Positions 57,560 to 64,000 of a stretch of 64,000 nucleotides of DNA are shown piece by piece. Below the pieces are notes generated by a model that ran no database searches, was not told where the DNA came from, and saw nothing but the letters and a program-made list of their open reading frames with translations. Source of the DNA: Magallana gigas (Eukaryota); the NCBI RefSeq assembly GCF_963853765.1, contig NC_088855.1, positions 22,072,001 through 22,136,000 on the forward strand, given 5' to 3'. A program made the translations under genes and the position numbers. Within the stretch, counting starts at the first letter, position 1, and every line of letters begins with the position of its first letter.

Positions 57560-59165
57560 ATAAAATTATAAAGATTACAGGTCTATTGTCTACATTTAGA
57601 GAATTTTCTCAAAATATATAGTATATTGGTAACATTGAATCCAACCCTCTTTTTTGTTTTTCTATATATAGACATACTAAGATTATTCCAGAAGGGTAAA
57701 ACATTAGTACAACTAAAAAAATACACGTTGTATTGTTTCTATTTCTTCTTTACAAAAAGTACAGCAATCATTTGCAATGATCTTGATATTTTAAAAATAA
57801 TAGATCACAGGAATAATTCTGTGTAGAACTCTGTACTGTAGCCATTGAACAGATGTATCATTAGTTGTCGTGAAACATATTTTGAAACAGTCTTGTATGA
57901 ACAAATTTTGTCCATGTGGTAATTCATTATTCCATCTTGATATTGCATTTAGGACCACTTCAGTATAGTTCAAAGTTTTATAAATTGCCTTGGTACATTT
58001 TTCATTCAATAAAATCACTTCAAAATACATTGATAAAAAAAGAGTACAATTTTTTTCAATATTTACTCTTTCACCGTGAACTGATTTTAATAAATTTGAA
58101 ATAGCACATGTATTGCATGACATATACATCGGGCAAGTTAAACGTATGTAAAAAAAATTTATTGTATATCAAAAAAAGCTCCATTTGCAGATAAGAAATC
58201 TCCAACTAATTTTATACCACGTTGGTACAATACATTATTAAAGAAAGATTTATTGGAAACTGTAATACAGGAGTTGTGCCATATTGGAACATAGGTAATA
58301 TTTTTCTTAATATAACCAGGCTGTTTGTTAAACATGTTCACTACCTGGAGCCATGATTGAGAAACATCTTGCCAAAAACATTATTTTGTTTAATCATCTT
58401 TCTGATAAATCAACCCCAAACTCTAACATTTTCATAACAACCACTTTGTCGTTAATTGCCAAAGAAAATATTCATCCATGGTTTGTGTTTGAGAGTTAAC
58501 CTTTTAATCCATGAACATTTGAGAGAAAAAACAGAATTATGGACATCTAGCATTTGAAACCAACTTTTGTGTAATCTTGAGTAACTATCTACCTTTTTAC
58601 TTTATCACCTTTAGATTTCCATATAAAATTAAATATTGCTGTATTCAATGAGGATACAAATGTTTTATTAGGCATGGGAGGTGAAATAAATAGATGATTC
58701 AATTTCGGCAAAACTAAAGTCTCGGCTCCGGTTACTCTACCAACAGGAGTTAGAATCCTTCTGTTCCATTGTTGAATCAGTGAAAGACTTTTTGGCAGTT
58801 GTATGTTGTAATTTAATTCAGTAATTTTATCTAATTCTACACAGAATTTTGTCCCTAACAGATTAAAAGTTGCACTACCCCAATCGAGTTTCCATCGAGT
58901 ATGGTGAAAAACCTGATATGAGAACTTTCTTGAGCCTATCCAAACCACCTTGGTTTTTGAGATATTTATTTTTAATCCAGAACGTTTTGAGAAGAAATCT
59001 AATGTATCTAGAGAATTAAAAAGAGACTCTGGTGAACCATCAAGTGTCAGTGTTGTATTATCGGCATATTGAGTTTCTTGTGTTCTTTACCATCGGCTAT
59101 AATACCCTGAATGTTTGTATTGGTTAATGCTTCCATTTCATTCTTAACAAAAGGAGATAATGACC
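57560..59165 (-). mobile_element. 5'-truncated, frameshifted non-LTR retrotransposon (L1/Tx1-type ORF2: RT C-terminus plus zf-RVT-like region)
   Basis: LSPF..IQGI..DGKEHK, then QYADNTTLTLDGS..SGLKINISKTKVVWIG (YADD motif decayed to YADN), WNRRILTPVGRV..LVLPKLNHLF, and downstream QWLQYRVLHRIIP; multiple stops and frameshifts. Confidence 0.88.
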
Positions 59166-60181
59166 TCATTTAAGATCACTTGTCCCTAAAATATGAAGAT
59201 ATTTCAATTTTTCATAAACCATTTTTTTTTTTCACTTGCAAACTGATTTAGATTGAAACCAAATTGAAGTGTACCTCAGGTTCATAAAAAATGTAAGGAT
59301 TAATGTCGTAACCTCTGGAAATAACATGATAGCTTCCAAGAACCATTCTAAAGTTATTGCTCTTTGAATAACAAAGTAAATACATTGTATATACAAATTT
59401 TGTTTAAAGTTTTGGTCATTGATGCTTGTTTTCAAGGCGTTAACAGCAACACAAATTTTGATATTAATCAAAGTTACGCAACGTGTTACCCTTAAATTCT
59501 CGCTTCCATCCGTCTAGTATATCCCTTTTATTTAGCTATGTATCGTGTTAATTTTGTATTTAAGAGGGCTGGTAGCTCGTGACCATGTTTATACTATATC
59601 AATCTCCTCTAAACAAAGAGCTCATCATAATAAAGATGTAAGAAAATATTCAAATTTTAAATCAATTTTTTTTTAATTTTTTTGAACTGATCAATAGTTA
59701 TGCAGCCACCTTCAATGCCTGTAAATCCATTATTCATTGACGTTTAGTCGATCAGGACGTTAGAGCACTATCAAAATGGGAATGCAGTGACCAAAGTCTT
59801 GGGGGGTATAACTAGGTAATACCCAACCCACAGACTGCGTTTCATCAGACTGCATTGTGATGCAATTCTTATTTGTTGAATTGCTCATTTATTAGTTGAT
59901 TAAAGTGTCATTCCTTCATGAAACTACTTGTTTCATAAGTTTCATAAAATAAAAGAAAGATTTTTTAATATTTCTTAAACCACGTTCTCATTAGTTTCGA
60001 CTGCAAACTGAATTCAATAAAAGTGTTATCTTGAATTGTGTAAATTAAAAAATGAATGCGATTTATGATGTGAATGATCATATAACACCTTTATTAGCAA
60101 GTATACGATTTTGATTAAAGGAATAAGGGATTGTTGGTTTTTTTTTACTGTTATTTGGTGATTAATACGATCGTGGTTGAT

Positions 60182-60741
60182 AAAATACAATAAATCCCTA
60201 GAGGGCTTTAGGGCGATTTACGATATATTTTATCATGCCTGGCGTTTTGCTCACCTTATATAGTATTCAAAGAATGATTCCTTATTATCTATTTCTGTAC
60301 AATTTTCAGATATTAAATATTAAATGATTGACAATTTCAAGTTATTTTCATTTCATATGATAAAACAAACCCCGCTCGCGTCCCAATACTGTATTTGACT
60401 AAATGTTACAAAAGTCGACTTGGTACGTGTTATCACGTACACAGTCACTGAAAAATGTTATTATATGTGTTTTAAAAAAAGATTTCTAATCCTGTATTTA
60501 TGATGTTTACAATAACGAAAGCACATTTTGACTTGCATCATGAAATTGACATCATAAACAATGTATGCAAGCCAAGAAAAGAACTGCTTTACTTAATTTG
60601 AAAATCTTTCTTCTTCGTTGCCCAAAGTGGAGGATATCGATTCTGTTCTTTGTGTTATGTTTTATTTTTTATGATAAAAATATTTTGCATTTTGAAGAGG
60701 ATTAGCAATTTGAAATCATCGCTGCATTACAGCGTCCAACA
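60182..60741 (+). repeat. Direct repeat copy 1 (about 560 bp), partner at 63421-64000
   Basis: Colinear and highly similar from aaaat.caataaa to cagcgtccaaca. Confidence 0.85.
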
Positions 60742-62202
60742 CAAACGATATACAATCGTATCCAATGGATACATATATGAATACTATTAGGTACTTCATG
60801 GGTGGTGGTTAATGGGGGTCCTGTAGCACGGAAGGTGAATATTATTTCCATTCTAACAAAGAATTTAATCTTCCAGAATTAAAAGCCACACATTTTAAAA
60901 GGTTCAACATTTGATATTATCGAATTTTAACTGCATGGTCTTGACTGAATAAAAGTCATTTGAAATAAAATGTATTCCATCATGCTTTTTGTTCGTTTAA
61001 CAGTTGTTAGTCTTTTTTAAAGTGTATTAAGCAAATAAAGCATCTATGGAAATGCGTCATTTCAATTATTTGTTTAATTCATATTGGTCTCAAAAACTAC
61101 GTTTTTGTTCCATTTATCATTTTCTAAATAAGTTGTCTCTTAATGCACGCATTATGTCAATGATTCTTATACAAATTCTACAATACTTAAACGATTTTTG
61201 GGTCTTTCGCAATTAAAAAAAATCGCAATTATAATCCACCCCCCCCCCCCCAAAAATTGATCTTTGTTCAGTCAGAGTGCAGTTATGTCAAATGAATGAC
61301 AATTGTACTCTTTAGATCTCTGCTTCGTCAAATCTTTTGGAAATCCATTTCTAAACGCAGTCGTTGCAATGTAAAATGTTTCAGTGATAGGGAACGCTCC
61401 ACTCTACAACAATGAATAGTTCTTTGAAGAAGAGAGACAATGAACCAATTTGTATGTACACTGTAATGTTATTTGTAATTGTCCTAATGTACCATACCAA
61501 AAAAATAAATGAACTAAACTGAACAATTATTATTTACTTAAAGCATAATATAATTATATGATTGCGCCCATGAGAAAAGGGTCTTATGGGGGTTTTTATG
61601 AATGGGACCAATATCGTCACAAATTTTGACGTTATTCCATGACGTTGTCCGAAAAGTGGAAAGCTTAAAGCGTTCTTTTCATAACGAGTAGTATTGTTTA
61701 CCAGGTTTTTACGAATTCAACACTTTATTTTGGGTTAACGCTTTATTTTGGAATAACTCATTAAGATATATTGACAAATTCATTTTGTGCTAGATTTATC
61801 AAAATATGCTTATATCTATCCTTGATAGGGAAACTCTGATTATTTTGCCCAATTTTACTGAGAACATATAAACTTCTAGGCCTAGCAATGTGCTCGATAA
61901 TGAAAGATCTTCCATAATTATGAAGGTGGCCATCTTGAATTTTTCCTGTTAAAATAGCTTCAACAAAAACGGAGAAAACCTCAACTCACAGCTGGTTTAT
62001 AGCCATTAAATTTCAGATTTGACAACTTTGAGATGTGTTTTATTCAATTCTGTTCATTACCTAATAAAATACGATTGAGAATGAAATATTTTACAACCTT
62101 CATTTACAGCAAGGCTTGAGGGACTTGAAAACTTCATTGGAAAGAAACCTATCAGTTACATGTAGAATGGTTTGGCATTGTCAAATACTATTTTATATTA
62201 TT

Positions 62203-62856
62203 GGAAGTTGATTTTAATCAACTCTCCTATGCAGTTACTCAGACAAACCGAAAGTGAAACAGTGTTTGGACCTCAGTACAAATCATCGCTGCTGACAAGA
62301 CTTAGTTCTTGAAAATGATTGATGAATTCGATGTAATGTATGCTAAAGCATTGTTTTTCAAGGAAACTTATTTAAAAAAAAAAATTATAAATACCTTGAC
62401 AATAGTTAGATTTTAAATGGTACGAACAATTATTTAAATAGTTTTTGCAGTCGTATGTATTCATACGCCAGAGTTCACTATAGTCTCGTTCAACTCGACG
62501 CTCGGCTGTCTCCGTAAATTCTTGTCGGAGATTTACGGTGTCAGCCGAGCATTTGGTTGAACAAGACTAGAGTTCAATATTGCTTGGATCCATACAATTT
62601 TCGAGAAATATTTTGTATTACTGATACATAGTTTGGTTGAAATAATTTTACTCTAAATATTATCTAACATGATTCAAATGGGGGTTTCTCGACATTCTTG
62701 TCGAAGAAGTCCAAAAATTCATATTATAAAAATGTGCGTAATTCAAATACAAATTAAAAACTACATGTACTTGTCATGCAAAATAACATTTAATTGGTTT
62801 TAAGATAAACAAACATCGACAAAATCAACTCCCGTCAGTTCTTCAGTACTTTGATT
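62203..62856. mobile_element. HINE/Helentron-like family 2 (copy 3)
   Basis: Colinear with 44777-45434, including both subterminal IRs and the internal hairpin. Confidence 0.75.
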
Positions 62857-63420
62857 AAATGTATGTTTCCCAAATTGTGGGCAAGAAGGTTTACTTACAT
62901 AAAGCCAATGTTTCTTTGTTGATGTCATCAATTTATTCTCGCAGTTCGTTTGTAATATTATTTAACTTTGTCAGTCACGAGGGTCTTATCAATTGACCTT
63001 TTTGGTAAACTGTAACAAACAACAGTTTTCAAATGACGCTTAACCCGCAATTTCAAATATTGGTCATTTTTGTTTTTTACTCAATTTTCAGGTTTAATTT
63101 TACAAACGCTGAAAATAAGAACCCACACTGCTTTGATTCTGAATAGAGCCTTATTTCAGCTTTATCGAAAATTTTATTTGAAAACACTTCTATTGGATTA
63201 TAAAAAATTGAAATAAAATTATTAAAACATCCATCATAATCATAAGTCAGAAAATGGATCTAAATAAGCCACATAATGGGGTCGGTGAATGCTATATCAA
63301 ATGGACCAGTTTGTTGTTTATTTGACTTCGTTATCCGGTGATCTCGATCAGTAATTTGAATGAATATAGATTTAACAGAACTAATTTGTGTCAAGTCTAT
63401 TTCACTGTCTATTTGAATTT

Positions 63421-64000
63421 AAAATGCAATAAAGCCCCAGAGGGCTTAAGGCCGATTTACGATATATTTCATCATGCCTGGCGGATTTGCTCACCTTATA
63501 CAGTATTCAAATAATGATTCATTATAATCTTTTAATGTACAATTTTCAGATATAAAATATTGACAGATATTAAATATTAAACTATTGACAATTTCAAGTT
63601 ATTTTTATTTCATATGATAAAACAAACCCCGCTCGCGTCCCAATATTGTATTTGACTAAATGTTACAACAGTCGACTTGGTACGTGTTATCACGGACAAA
63701 GTCACTGAAAAATGTAATTATATGTGTTAATAGATTTCTAATCCTGTAGCTATCATAATGATGTTTGCAATAATGAAAGCACATTTTGACTTGCATCATC
63801 TTTTTGACATCATAAACAATGTATGCAAGCCAACAAAAGAACTGCTTTACTTAATTTGAAAATCATTCTTCTTCGTTGCCCAAAGTGGAGGATATCGATT
63901 CTGTTCTTTGTGTTATGTTTTATTTTTTTATGATAAAAATATTTTGCATTTTGAAGAGGATTAGCAATTTGAAATCATCGCTGCATTACAGCGTCCAACA
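63421..64000 (+). repeat. Direct repeat copy 2 (runs to the window end)
   Basis: Matches 60182-60741 with small indels. Confidence 0.85.

Noticed and set aside
1145-59471. Remaining short ORF-track ORFs of 60-100 aa in AT-rich DNA
   Set aside because: They have low-complexity F/I/K/L-rich translations, lie in introns or repeats, and show no domain motifs or splice support.
60182-64000. LTR pair of a retroelement
   Set aside because: There are no TG...CA termini, PBS, PPT or gag/pol remnants between the repeats; the interior holds unrelated DNA elements.

Overview
AT-rich eukaryotic genomic DNA with GT-AG spliceosomal introns and one 128-N assembly gap. The repeat families and protein motifs resemble those of a bivalve, most likely a Crassostrea/Magallana-type oyster (inference). 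The window holds two tandem paralogous multi-exon genes on the minus strand, reconstructed by hand from splice sites, exon phases and continuous reading frames. Gene A (49870 to 25890, 19 coding exons, about 1229 aa) is complete. It encodes a signal peptide, three tandem copies of a roughly 125-145 aa beta-rich repeat I cannot assign to a named family, 11 sushi/CCP modules (one per phase-1 exon), a CxCxC plus coiled-coil plus RKKxxxxDxRPS juxtamembrane module, one TM helix and a short tail. Gene B (17543 to beyond the left edge) has the same head and a rearranged CCP stalk. It carries one dead CCP exon and a recently duplicated CCP exon whose inserted loop differs only at nonsynonymous sites. 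Introns and flanks are filled with non-autonomous DNA elements (Helentron/HINE-like elements, MITEs, palindromic elements), plus a decayed L1/Tx1-type LINE and microsatellites. Most ORF-track entries are spurious or single-exon fragments.
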